From sequence record SRR31156797_635: a stretch of DNA of 64,000 nucleotides. The stretch is one strand, 5' to 3'. The notes beneath the pieces were generated by a model that saw only the letters and a list, made by a program, of their open reading frames with translations, ran no database searches and was not told where the DNA came from. Shown piece by piece: positions 9,336-19,488 of this stretch; within the stretch, counting starts at the first letter, position 1, and the number at the start of each line of letters is the position of its first letter. The position numbers and the translations under genes are program-made.

Positions 9336-11114
9336 ATGCTCTCATTTGATGCGATCGTTGTTTTAATCGTATTGGTTTTTATACTGATTTCCTTCTACAA
9401 AGAATGGATAGGTCCAGCATTTACTTTCCTCATAGGAGTGGTTATTCTTGGCATATCAGGGATTTTGACTCCTTCTGAAATTCTGAGTGGTTTTGCCAAC
9501 GACCAGGTTGTTGTAATTCTTATGCTTTTGTTAATTGGTGATATTATTCGCGATCTTGGAATTGTGGAAACATTATTCGACCGAGTCTTTCAAAGGGCGA
9601 AAGGATATCGGCAGTTTATGGCTCGAATGATGTTTTTGGTAGGTGGATTTTCAGCATTCTTAAACAATACACCACTTGTTGCAGTTATGATGCCATATGT
9701 GCATAGTTGGAGCAAGAGAAACAATATTTCTCCTTCAAAACTTCTTATCCCATTGTCGTATGCGGCTATTCTTGGAGGTTGTATTACATTGATTGGTACT
9801 TCTACAAACTTGATTGTAAATGGTATGGTTAAAGATCAGGAGATTGTTCCAGCCTTATCATTAAGTATGTTTAGTTTTGCTTATGTTGGGATTCCAATGA
9901 TGTTTATAGGATCAATTTATTTATTAATTGTTAGCAAAAAATGGTTGCCGGAAAAGGCTGATGCTTTAGGTGAATTTTCAGAAAATACCAGAAAATATAT
10001 AGTAGAGGCACATGTGAAGCCAAACTCTGATTTAATAGGAAAAACGATCGAAGAAGCAGATTTGAGAAATCTTAAAGGTTTGTATCTTTTTCAGATCAAC
10101 AGAGGAGGAGTTCGTGTTGCTGCCGTTTCTCACGAGTTTAGATTGGAAGAGGGAGATCGATTGCTGTTTGCCGGAGATACAGAAACCATTGCCGATCTGG
10201 TTTTACCTAACTCAGGACTTACCCTGCCAACTGTGGGAATGCTAACTCACAAAAAGCATTTGGAAGTTGTCGAGATTGTAATTTCTCACAATTCTACTTT
10301 GATTACTAAAACGGTAAAAGAGGCTAATTTTAGAGGTCAATTTGATGCTGCGGTAATTGGTATTCATAGAAATGGTGGAAGAGTAAGCGGGAAGATTGGG
10401 GAAGTAAAATTACGCGCTGGAGATGTATTGTTGCTTCTTGGAGGTGATGATTTTGTGGAGCGAACTCACCGAATTCAGGATTTTTATTTTATTTCCAAAG
10501 TAAAAGAGTTTAAAAAACAGGAAGGTTACAAGGTTGGTTTATTGTTGGGAGGAACGGTATTAGCTGTAATTTTATCTGCCTTAAATATTGTGCCATTATT
10601 TATGACATTAATCGTAATGATTATAATAATTCTGGCACTCAAAATATCCAACCCTAAGGATATTGCCACTATGGTCGATTTTAATCTGGCATTAATCATA
10701 TCCCTCTCGCTCGCATTTGGAACGGCGATGATCAAATCTGGTTTGGCTGAGATAATTGCTGATTTGTTGATATCAGTATTTCTTCCAATGGGCAGAGTAG
10801 GTGTGCTTTTTGGTATTTATTTGATTACCTCAGTTTTGGCTGCGTATATTACCAATAAGGCTGCCGTAGCTATAGTGTTTCCTATATCCTTAACAATGGC
10901 TTTAAATTTGCATTTGGATCCGGAACCGTTTGTTTTAATTGTTGCCTTTGCAGCAGCAGCTAATTTTATGACTCCAATTGGCTACCAAACCAACTTAATG
11001 GTTTACGGACCAGGAGCATACTCTTTCAAAGATTTCTTTAAGATTGGATTTCCCCTAACAATCATTTATATGATAGTAACTGTTTTGATGTTGTCATATA
11101 TTTATTTTTATTAG
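9336..11114 (+). CDS. SLC13/DASS permease with two TrkA-C domains (sulfate/dicarboxylate transporter)
   Basis: SAFLNNTP, TLIGTSTN and FMTPIGYQTN motifs; central TrkA-C repeats. Confidence 0.88.
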   Translation: MLSFDAIVVLIVLVFILISFYKEWIGPAFTFLIGVVILGISGILTPSEILSGFANDQVVVILMLLLIGDIIRDLGIVETLFDRVFQRAKGYRQFMARMMFLVGGFSAFLNNTPLVAVMMPYVHSWSKRNNISPSKLLIPLSYAAILGGCITLIGTSTNLIVNGMVKDQEIVPALSLSMFSFAYVGIPMMFIGSIYLLIVSKKWLPEKADALGEFSENTRKYIVEAHVKPNSDLIGKTIEEADLRNLKGLYLFQINRGGVRVAAVSHEFRLEEGDRLLFAGDTETIADLVLPNSGLTLPTVGMLTHKKHLEVVEIVISHNSTLITKTVKEANFRGQFDAAVIGIHRNGGRVSGKIGEVKLRAGDVLLLLGGDDFVERTHRIQDFYFISKVKEFKKQEGYKVGLLLGGTVLAVILSALNIVPLFMTLIVMIIIILALKISNPKDIATMVDFNLALIISLSLAFGTAMIKSGLAEIIADLLISVFLPMGRVGVLFGIYLITSVLAAYITNKAAVAIVFPISLTMALNLHLDPEPFVLIVAFAAAANFMTPIGYQTNLMVYGPGAYSFKDFFKIGFPLTIIYMIVTVLMLSYIYFY

Positions 11115-11155
11115 TTGATTTTTTAGCAGAAAAAGAATTTTAGGATACAACATAC

Positions 11156-11965
11156 ATGAACTTTAAGCAAAGAAAGGAACTACTTTATTTTGCAATTTTA
11201 GCATCGCTGAAGGCAGGAGAAGAGATTTTAAATGTCTATCAGTCTGATGATTTTGAAATACAATTAAAATCAGATGATAGTCCTTTAACCATTGCAGATC
11301 AAAGAGCGCACAAGGCAATAGTTTCAATTATTGATGAATTGGGAATTCCTGTTTTGAGTGAAGAGGGAGAACATTCAAGCTATGAAGAACGAAAATTGTG
11401 GAAGCAATGCTGGATTGTGGATCCTTTGGATGGAACAAAGGAATTTATCAAGAGAAACGATGAATTTACAGTTAATTTAGCTTTGATTGATGAAGGAAAA
11501 CCTGTTTCAGGTGTTATCTACGTTCCTGTATATTGTCGATTGTATTTTGCGGATATAGAATTAGGAGCATTTCGTACGGATGATATTGAAAACTGGGAAG
11601 ACAGTTTAGATAAATTAATTCAAGCTTCACGTCAATTGCCATTTGAATACAATAGTGATGAAATAAGAGTGGTTGGCTCACGTTCTCATATGAATGCAGA
11701 AACACAATCTTATTTTGAGGAGCTAAAAAAGGATAATCCTGAAGTTAAGATTATTGCGAAAGGTAGTTCACTTAAACTTTGTATGATTGCAGAGAACGAA
11801 GCTGATATATATCCTCGCTTCTCTCCTACAATGGAGTGGGATATTGCTGCTGGTCATGCAATTGTATCTGCTTCTGGAGGCAAGGTGCTTCATATTGACT
11901 CCAAAACTGAATTAACCTATAATAAAGAGGATTTGTTGAATCCGTCTTTCATGTGTAAACGATAA
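11156..11965 (+). CDS. cysQ: 3'(2'),5'-bisphosphate nucleotidase
   Basis: KSDDSPLT.AD, LSEEG, WIVDPLDGTKEF, GSSLK and EWDIAAG. Confidence 0.92.
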   Translation: MNFKQRKELLYFAILASLKAGEEILNVYQSDDFEIQLKSDDSPLTIADQRAHKAIVSIIDELGIPVLSEEGEHSSYEERKLWKQCWIVDPLDGTKEFIKRNDEFTVNLALIDEGKPVSGVIYVPVYCRLYFADIELGAFRTDDIENWEDSLDKLIQASRQLPFEYNSDEIRVVGSRSHMNAETQSYFEELKKDNPEVKIIAKGSSLKLCMIAENEADIYPRFSPTMEWDIAAGHAIVSASGGKVLHIDSKTELTYNKEDLLNPSFMCKR

Positions 11966-12003
11966 CAATCAACCTTAAATACAACTAAAATAACAAACCA
12001 ATA

Positions 12004-14820
12004 ATGAAAAGATTACTTACTTTCGGTCTGCTATGCTTTATCTGTTTCCAGATGGTAGCACAGATCCAAAAGGTACCATTAAGTCATACTGATTATGATG
12101 GATGGAAAAACCTTAAAAATCAAAAGATTTCGAACAATGGAGAATGGATTACTTATGAGGTAAATCCTCAGAAAGGAGATGGATTTCTGTATATATATCA
12201 GGTGAAAACTAAGAAATTAGATTCTATTGACAGAGCTTACGACGCCATTTTTTCTCCAGGATCAGAGGTTTTGAGTTTTAAAATTAAAACTCAGTTTGAT
12301 ACCATTCGCCAGGCAAAGGTAGATAAGTTTGAGAAAAAGGATATGCCTAAGGATTCTATCGGAATTTGGAATTTGTCGGAGAATAAGATTTTGCGTTTTG
12401 GGAACTTAAAATCATTTCAAATGCCCGAAGAAAAGGGAGATTGGATGGCTTTATTGTTAGAAATGCCCAAGGAAAAAAAGGATTCAACTGAAAGTGATTC
12501 TACCCAAATTCCTTTTAAGAAAAAGAAAGGTAAAGACAAAAAGAATGGGAAGGATAAAGTTGAAAAAGGCTTACTGGTAATTAAAAATTACATCTCTGGT
12601 AAGGAGTATCGTTATAAAGATGTAACTGAGTTTTCCTTATCTAGAAATGGGAATGCAGTTAACTTTATTCAAGTAAAAGGTGATAGTATAAAAACTGCCT
12701 TGGTGAATAAATTCTCTGGAAAATCCGAGGAATTAGAGGCGGTTTTTGAACAAGAAGGAACAGCTAAAAAAGCTTCGATTTCACCAGAAGGCGATAAATT
12801 AGGTTTTATTTTTTCTGCTGATACAGTGAAAAATAAGTGCTATTCTTTGTATTACGCAGATCTTAAACAAGCCGTAAAACCTATTGTTGATACTTTATCC
12901 AATGCAATTCAGGATAATTGGACCGTAAGTGAAAATGGCAAGATTTACTTCTCTCGTGATGGAAAGAAGATGTTCTTTGGTGTTGCTCCAAAACCAATAA
13001 ATGAAAAGAAAGATAGCTTGTTGGATGAAGAAAAATACAGAGTAGATGTTTGGAATTGGAAAGATCCTTTGTTGCAGCCACAGCAGAAACTTCAAGCTGA
13101 GAAAGAGAAAAAACGTACTTGGTTAGCTGTTTATCATACCAAAGAGAACAAAATTGTACAATTGGGAAAAGAAGATATGCCTAATGTTGAGCTGTTTGAT
13201 CATGGAAATGCTAATCTTGCATTGGGTCGATCAAGTTTGCCATATCAACAATTAACCTCATGGGACGATTGGTATTCTGATTACTATGTTGTTGATTTAG
13301 AATCGGGGAAAAAAGAATTGATTTTGGAAAAGAAAAATTCTGATGTGAGTATTTCTCCTGATCAAAAGTTTATACTTTGGTTCGAAACACAGGATAGTGT
13401 TTGGTATTCCTATCAGTTTGAAAACAAAACGAAAGTGGCTTTAACCAATAAGATAAAAGCCGAATTTTATAATGAAAAACATGATACTCCTAATGATCCT
13501 GAGCCGTATGGATTGGTTGGTTGGACAAAAGGTGATAAAAATGTGTTTATTCAGGATCGTTATGATTTTTGGATGATTGATCCTACAGGAAAAAATGCTG
13601 CCGTAAATCTAACAAATGGATTTGGTCGTAGAAATAACATTCGATTTGATTATTTGAAATTGGATGAGGATGAATTGTTTGTGGATTTAAAGAAGCCTCT
13701 ATTGTTAGCTGCCTTCCATGAATTCAATAAAAAATCGGGAACTTTTAGATTAGAAAAAGAAAGCGATCCCAAGGAAATTATTTTCAGCGATGCCAGTTAT
13801 ACAAGTCTTAAAAAGGCGAAAAATGCTGATCGTTTAATTTGGAAGCGATCAACTTTTAAAGAGTATCCAAATCTTTGGACTGGCGGAATGGATTTGTCGG
13901 ATGAAAAGCAAGTGTCAGATGCAAATCCACAGCAAAAAAACTATTTGTGGGGAGATGTTGAATTGGTAGATTGGACATCAGGTGATGGTGAGAAATTACA
14001 AGGATTACTGTACAAGCCTGAAAATTTTGATCCAAACAAAAAGTATCCAATGTTGGTTTATTTTTACGAGAGAACTTCAGATCGCATGCATCGTCATCAT
14101 GTTCCTCAACCCAACTGGTCGATTATAAATCCTTCTTATTGCGTGAGTAATGGTTATATGGTATTTATGCCAGATATTACTTATCCTAAAGTTGGATATC
14201 CAGGGGAATCAGCCTACAGTTCGATTGTTACCGGAACCTTGGCAATGATGGATCGTTACGATTTTATCGATAAAGAAAACATTGCACTACAAGGTCAAAG
14301 CTGGGGAGGATATCAAATTGCTTATTTAATCACTAGAACCGATTTGTACAAATGTGCAATGGCAGGTGCGCCAGTTACCAATATGACTTCTGCTTATGGA
14401 GGAATGCGTTGGGGAAGTGGTATGAGTCGTATGTTCCAGTATGAGAGGACTCAAAGTAGAATTGGAGGAACCTTATGGAATAGTACTTTGCAATACATCG
14501 AAAATTCACCAGTGTTCTTTGCTCCAAAAATTAAAACGCCACTATTGATTATGCATAACGATAATGATGGTGCTGTGCCTTGGTATCAGGGAATTGAATT
14601 GTTTGTGGCGATGCGTCGTTTGCAAAAACCTTGCTGGATGCTTACCTATAATGATGAAGCGCACAATTTACGCAAGCGTCCAAATCGTGTAGATTTATCG
14701 ATACGAACAATGCAGTTTTTCGATTATTATCTGAAAGGGAAACCTGCTCCTGTTTGGATGACAGATGGAATACCAGCAGTTAAAAAAGGAAAATTTGATG
14801 GTTACGATTTAAAGGAATAA
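12004..14820 (+). CDS. S9 family peptidase with beta-propeller
   Basis: Signal peptide; GQSWGG nucleophile, HNDNDGAV and EAH catalytic triad. Confidence 0.9.
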   Translation: MKRLLTFGLLCFICFQMVAQIQKVPLSHTDYDGWKNLKNQKISNNGEWITYEVNPQKGDGFLYIYQVKTKKLDSIDRAYDAIFSPGSEVLSFKIKTQFDTIRQAKVDKFEKKDMPKDSIGIWNLSENKILRFGNLKSFQMPEEKGDWMALLLEMPKEKKDSTESDSTQIPFKKKKGKDKKNGKDKVEKGLLVIKNYISGKEYRYKDVTEFSLSRNGNAVNFIQVKGDSIKTALVNKFSGKSEELEAVFEQEGTAKKASISPEGDKLGFIFSADTVKNKCYSLYYADLKQAVKPIVDTLSNAIQDNWTVSENGKIYFSRDGKKMFFGVAPKPINEKKDSLLDEEKYRVDVWNWKDPLLQPQQKLQAEKEKKRTWLAVYHTKENKIVQLGKEDMPNVELFDHGNANLALGRSSLPYQQLTSWDDWYSDYYVVDLESGKKELILEKKNSDVSISPDQKFILWFETQDSVWYSYQFENKTKVALTNKIKAEFYNEKHDTPNDPEPYGLVGWTKGDKNVFIQDRYDFWMIDPTGKNAAVNLTNGFGRRNNIRFDYLKLDEDELFVDLKKPLLLAAFHEFNKKSGTFRLEKESDPKEIIFSDASYTSLKKAKNADRLIWKRSTFKEYPNLWTGGMDLSDEKQVSDANPQQKNYLWGDVELVDWTSGDGEKLQGLLYKPENFDPNKKYPMLVYFYERTSDRMHRHHVPQPNWSIINPSYCVSNGYMVFMPDITYPKVGYPGESAYSSIVTGTLAMMDRYDFIDKENIALQGQSWGGYQIAYLITRTDLYKCAMAGAPVTNMTSAYGGMRWGSGMSRMFQYERTQSRIGGTLWNSTLQYIENSPVFFAPKIKTPLLIMHNDNDGAVPWYQGIELFVAMRRLQKPCWMLTYNDEAHNLRKRPNRVDLSIRTMQFFDYYLKGKPAPVWMTDGIPAVKKGKFDGYDLKE

Positions 14821-14871
14821 TACTGATTCATTTGGAATTTAAATGATATAATACCATTATAAAAAGTATAG

Positions 14872-14899
14872 AATGCGTCCCAAGTGGGACGCATTTTTT
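14872..14899 (+). terminator. Rho-independent terminator
   Basis: AATGCGTCCCA-AG-TGGGACGCATT followed by a T-run. Confidence 0.85.
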
Positions 14900-14967
14900 A
14901 TTTACAATAATGTTTTGACCTGGAGATCAAAAGTTTTAATTGATCAAACGCTTTTTATAGGTCAAAT

Positions 14968-15135
14968 TATGCTTCTATTCTCGATTTAACCACATTTTTT
15001 AATTAGCCATATGCTTCGAGGCTTGCAAAAGGTGTATCAACTCTTGATTTTGGTGTATCGAAGCAGGTATGAGCTTCTTCAACTCTCGAAATAGACGCAC
15101 CGAAGCATTATAAAGGTGCTTGTATTCATGGATTT
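14968..15135. repeat. Degenerate tandem array with 21-bp period
   Basis: Units at 14968, 15010, 15031, 15052, 15073, 15094 and 15115 align with invariant A10 and C13 (e.g. GGTGTATCAACTCTTGATTTT / GGTGTATCGAAGCAGGTATGA). Confidence 0.6.
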
Positions 15136-15237
15136 ATTGAGTAGAAGTTTTATTTTATCGCTTTAAGCTACCAGTTTACCTATTGGAGTAATTCTTTTTA
15201 TAAAAAAATGAGTGTGTTAATACAGAAGAATGTATGC

Positions 15238-15375
15238 AAACAAAACCCTTCATTTCCGATAAATGAAGGGTTTTTGAATCTTAATTGTTAGTTAAGAGTG
15301 TTGTGTGTTTGTTGTTGTGTTGCTTCTGGTTAGGTTTAACCAATATTATTTAGTGTTGTTGTTTTCCGTATTATT
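15238..15375 (-). ncRNA. Candidate CA-rich small RNA (about 135 nt) divergent from Lrp/AsnC
   Basis: Minus-strand -7-like TTACTTTG (15389-15382), CAACA-rich body without ATG, and a 14-bp terminator hairpin at 15242-15274. Confidence 0.5.
15242..15274 (-). terminator. Strong hairpin terminator (T-runs on both strands)
   Basis: AAAACCCTTCATTT-CCGAT-AAATGAAGGGTTTT. Confidence 0.85.
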
Positions 15376-15409
15376 TGCTAGCAAAGTAAACACCTTTCCA
15401 AGATAATTC

Positions 15410-15475
15410 ATACAGTTTCTGTATAAATAAGTAAATATTACCGATATTGCTACGTCTTAAAGTGAAAATCACTTT
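15410..15475. promoter_or_regulatory. Three palindromes with 3-nt A/T centres; candidate Lrp/AsnC operators
   Basis: ATACAG-TTT-CTGTAT (centre 15417), GTAA-ATA-TTAC (15436), AAAGTGA-AAA-TCACTTT (15467). Confidence 0.5.
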
Positions 15476-15518
15476 GTGTTTTACGCAAACGTTATAAATA
15501 GGAGTAAAAATTTCTTTT

Positions 15519-15980
15519 ATGGAAAGTTTAGATCAAACGGATAAAACTATTTTAAGAATATTGCAGAATGATTCAAAGAAAACTGCGAAAGAGATAGCTG
15601 CAATGTTGAACATTACAGTTTCTCCGGTATATGAGAGAATTCGAAGATTGGAAAATCAGGGATTTATTAAAAAATATGTAGCCATTCTAGATAAAAAAAG
15701 AATAGAAAGAAGCGTTACAGCCATCTGCCAGGTTTCCATGCGATATCATGATGAGAAATTTATTGACGAGTTTGAAAAACAAGTTCAGGATCTAAAAGAA
15801 GTTCAGGAATGTTATCATATGGCTGGGCAAGTTGATTTTATTCTTAAAATTCATGTGAGAAGTCTGGAAGAGTATCATGAGTTTGTACGTTTTAAACTAT
15901 CTAAGATTAATAATATCGGAGTTTTGAATAGTACTTTTGTTATTAAAGAAATAAAACATAGTTCCGAATATTACATTTAG
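15519..15980 (+). CDS. Lrp/AsnC family transcriptional regulator
   Basis: LD.TDK.IL..LQ HTH with ERIRRLE..G.I; RAM domain ECYHMAGQVDFILK. Confidence 0.93.
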   Translation: MESLDQTDKTILRILQNDSKKTAKEIAAMLNITVSPVYERIRRLENQGFIKKYVAILDKKRIERSVTAICQVSMRYHDEKFIDEFEKQVQDLKEVQECYHMAGQVDFILKIHVRSLEEYHEFVRFKLSKINNIGVLNSTFVIKEIKHSSEYYI

Positions 15981-16066
15981 TTTTGTTCTAAATTCAGAGT
16001 ATTTCTTAATGTGATTTTAGTAACTTAGTAAGAGTTCTAAGAATTTTTGCTCACTTCAATCACATT

Positions 16067-19000
16067 ATGGGAGATAATTCTCAAAACATACCACTAGGCA
16101 AGTTTAGAAAGCAACTTACCGAATATCAACAAGAAATTGATCTGCTTAAGGCACAAAATAAACGCCTTAAGAAGAAGGTTGATAGCCTGGTCGTGAGACA
16201 GTTTTCAGATGAGTTGGAATTACTTTTTAACGCTACCGGACAAGGAATCATTATTCGAGATGCTAATGGTAAGATTACTTTTGCCAATCCGGCAGCATCG
16301 CATATTCTTGGGGTTAAGAATGAAGCCTTATTAAACATCAACAGTTTCGAACCATCAAAAAAAAATAGATTACTTGATGGTACGATCATTACAGCAGATG
16401 AACATCCTGCAAAAGTTGCTTTAACCACCGCTAAGGAAGTTCACCGTTCTATATTGGGTGTTTTTAATCCTGAGAAAAATACTTACATCTGGATAAGTAT
16501 TACAGCTACACCAATGTTTGAACAGCAAAGCGATATTGTAAAAAGTGTTTATACTGTTTTTGAAGACATTTCTGGAAAAATTGAAGCTGATAATTTGCTA
16601 AAAGAAAATGAAGCTAAAGCAAAGGCTTTGATTAAAACCATTCCTGATTTAATTGTGCGTATCTCCAGAGATGGAAAAATAATTGATGTAAATGGTAGAT
16701 TAAATGGACTGTTTAATGGAATATATCCGAATATAAATTCCGATATACGACAACTTTTTGAGCCTGAATTGTCTTTGAAATTTATTGATGCAATGGAGGA
16801 GGCTTTTGAAAGCCGTAAAGTTCAAATCTTCGATTACAGGATGAATCTTCAAAATAAAGGAATTTGCTACTTTGAGTTTAGGATTAATAGTGTCGGAGAG
16901 CGTGAGATTACTACAATAATTCGTGATGTTACTGGGCAAAAAAGATCACAGCGAAAAATGGTGGAGGCTACGCGTAGGTTAACCACATTAATTGGAAATT
17001 TAACAGGAATGGTATATCGTTGTCTTGCCGATGAATATTGGACGATGCTCTTTGTTAGTGATGGCGTTAAAGATCTTACAGGTTATACTTCTGAAGAATT
17101 AAATTATAATGCAGCTTTAGCTTATAATGATGTAATTTATTCAGAAGATAGAGATTATGTAGTTAAAGAGGTGGAAGATGGAGGGGTTCGAAATAAAAGA
17201 TTTGCATTAGAATATAGGATTATAACTAAATCGGGACAACTAAAATGGGTTTTTGAACAAGGGCTTACAATAAAAGATAAACTTGGAAGACCTTTGTTTA
17301 TAGAAGGATATATTGTTGATATTACCGAAAAGAAAATTGCAGAACAAAACCTTGTGTTAAGCGAGAGTAAGTTTCGTTTGTTGTTTAATTCATTAACAGA
17401 AGCCATTTTTGTGCATCCATGGAGTGAAGAAGGTTTTCAGTCCTTTGTTGAAGTAAATGATATTGCAGTTGAAAGATATGCTTATACCAGGAAAGAGTTT
17501 TTAAAAATGAGTGTTATTAATTTAGTCCCTGATGATCAACTTTCGGAGAATAAATTAAAAAAAATGCGAAAAACACTATCTGAAAAAGGGTGTTTATATT
17601 TGGAGGGTGTACATAGAACTAAGTATGGTAAGGATTTTCCGGTAGAGTTAAACGCTAATTTAATTGAATTAAACGGAAAAAAATACATACAGTCAGTAGT
17701 ACGTGATATCAGTGATCGTAAACGAGCAGAGGATGAGTTGGAGCATAAATCTCAGGTGGAGGAATCAATTAGTAAAATTTCAGCAGATTTTGTTCGTGCA
17801 TCGATAACCGAAATTGATAGTGCTATTAATAAAGCTATTGGTAAAATAGGAAAATTGATTCATGCAGATAGAGCATATATATTTCTATTGAAGGATGGAG
17901 GTAATGGTTTTGAAAGATCCTATGAATGGTTTCTTAACGATCGAGTAAAAGAATTTCCAACTACAAGCTTTTTTAGAGTTGAAGATATTGAGTATTGGCT
18001 GTATGAGCTCAAAAAACATGGAAATTTTATTGTTAAAAATCTAAATGATCTTCCTAATGATGCATTTTCGAATATGGATCAGGATCCAAGAGAATATGTG
18101 AAGTCATTGTTTACTTTTCCTATTTTTACTCAGGATAAATTGTTAGGATTTGTTGGATTTGACACGATTGATAAGGAGAGAGAATGGGGAGATGATAGTG
18201 AGCTTTTATTGAGGACATTTACGGATATTTTAGCAGGAGTTATTAGCAGGAAACGTTACGAACAGGAATTAATATTTGCCAAAGAAAAAGCAGAAGAAAG
18301 TGATATGCTTAAATCAACTTTTTTGGCATCTATGTCTCATGAGTTAAGGACACCATTAAATGCAATTATTGGTTTTAGTACACTGGTAAAATCCGATTCT
18401 TCTCCTGAGAAAATCGTGAAATGGAATGATATAATAAAGTCCAGTGGTAAACATCTGCTTAAGATTATAGAATCTATTTTCGATGTATCCTTGCTTCAGG
18501 CAAAGGAAGCAAAAGTGAATTATAACAGAATTTCTTTGGACGATGTATTTCTTACTATTCAGCAATATGTTAAGGCTGAATTAAAGAAATCGGATAAAAC
18601 AAGTTTACAAGTTGTATTTAGTAAAGATGGTGAGGCTGATATTTATCTAAATACCGATAGAACAAAAATCATTCAGATGATAACTAATCTGTTGAATAAT
18701 GCGATAAAATACACAGATTTTGGTTGCATTGAATATGGATATAAGATAGAAGATGATGATCTTGTATTTTTTGTTTCAGATACGGGAATAGGAATATCAA
18801 AAGAACATCAGGAGATCATTTTCGATATTTTTAGACAGGTTGATGAGCCTTATTTTGGTTTACAATCAGGTGTTGGTTTAGGGCTGGCAATTTGCAAAGA
18901 AATCGCAAAGCTCTTAGATGGAGAATTGTGGTTGGAATCTGAAAAAGGAAAAGGCTCTTGTTTCTTTTTTAAACTCAATAAGGTTATTTGTGAAAAAAAT

Positions 19001-19405
19001 AGCATCGAAAATGCGCCAAACAATAAGATTTCAATCCCTTACTTAAAGGGACGTACAATCTTGGTTGTCGAAGATATTCAAATAAATTATCAATTAATTG
19101 AGGAGATGTTGTTAGTGACTGCAGCAAACATTATATGGGCAGAAACTGGTCTTGTTGCGGTTGATAAAGCGTGTGATACTAATATTGACCTTATTTTAAT
19201 GGATGTTAAAATGCCGCAAATGGATGGATATAAGGCTACAGTTGAAATATTAAAAAAGAAACCAGATATTCCTATTATTGCTCAAACGGCATATGCATTA
19301 CCTGGAGATCAGAAAAAGGCAATAGATGTTGGTTGTAGGGCATATCTCACAAAGCCTATTGATAAATCGAAGTTGTATGTATTGTTGTCAGAATTCTTAG
19401 GATAA
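16067..19405 (+). CDS. Cytoplasmic multi-PAS/GAF hybrid sensor histidine kinase with REC domain
   Basis: About 4 PAS/PAC domains, GAF-like segment, MSHELRTPLN, NLLNNAIKYT, DTGIG, GLGL and ILMDVKMPQMDG; no obvious TM helix. Confidence 0.92.
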   Translation: MGDNSQNIPLGKFRKQLTEYQQEIDLLKAQNKRLKKKVDSLVVRQFSDELELLFNATGQGIIIRDANGKITFANPAASHILGVKNEALLNINSFEPSKKNRLLDGTIITADEHPAKVALTTAKEVHRSILGVFNPEKNTYIWISITATPMFEQQSDIVKSVYTVFEDISGKIEADNLLKENEAKAKALIKTIPDLIVRISRDGKIIDVNGRLNGLFNGIYPNINSDIRQLFEPELSLKFIDAMEEAFESRKVQIFDYRMNLQNKGICYFEFRINSVGEREITTIIRDVTGQKRSQRKMVEATRRLTTLIGNLTGMVYRCLADEYWTMLFVSDGVKDLTGYTSEELNYNAALAYNDVIYSEDRDYVVKEVEDGGVRNKRFALEYRIITKSGQLKWVFEQGLTIKDKLGRPLFIEGYIVDITEKKIAEQNLVLSESKFRLLFNSLTEAIFVHPWSEEGFQSFVEVNDIAVERYAYTRKEFLKMSVINLVPDDQLSENKLKKMRKTLSEKGCLYLEGVHRTKYGKDFPVELNANLIELNGKKYIQSVVRDISDRKRAEDELEHKSQVEESISKISADFVRASITEIDSAINKAIGKIGKLIHADRAYIFLLKDGGNGFERSYEWFLNDRVKEFPTTSFFRVEDIEYWLYELKKHGNFIVKNLNDLPNDAFSNMDQDPREYVKSLFTFPIFTQDKLLGFVGFDTIDKEREWGDDSELLLRTFTDILAGVISRKRYEQELIFAKEKAEESDMLKSTFLASMSHELRTPLNAIIGFSTLVKSDSSPEKIVKWNDIIKSSGKHLLKIIESIFDVSLLQAKEAKVNYNRISLDDVFLTIQQYVKAELKKSDKTSLQVVFSKDGEADIYLNTDRTKIIQMITNLLNNAIKYTDFGCIEYGYKIEDDDLVFFVSDTGIGISKEHQEIIFDIFRQVDEPYFGLQSGVGLGLAICKEIAKLLDGELWLESEKGKGSCFFFKLNKVICEKNSIENAPNNKISIPYLKGRTILVVEDIQINYQLIEEMLLVTAANIIWAETGLVAVDKACDTNIDLILMDVKMPQMDGYKATVEILKKKPDIPIIAQTAYALPGDQKKAIDVGCRAYLTKPIDKSKLYVLLSEFLG

Positions 19406-19488
19406 GAAATGAATTATTATGAATATTATAGGTTTTGAATATCCATATTTTTTATACAGCTTTGTTAACATCTAAAAAATAAATAATC

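Noticed and set aside
15003-15129. Frameshifted small minus-strand gene (MNTSTF... joined to CFGASISRVEEAHTCFDTPK...)
   Set aside because: It needs an assumed frameshift; the open frames are explained by the 21-bp periodicity and I recognise no homolog
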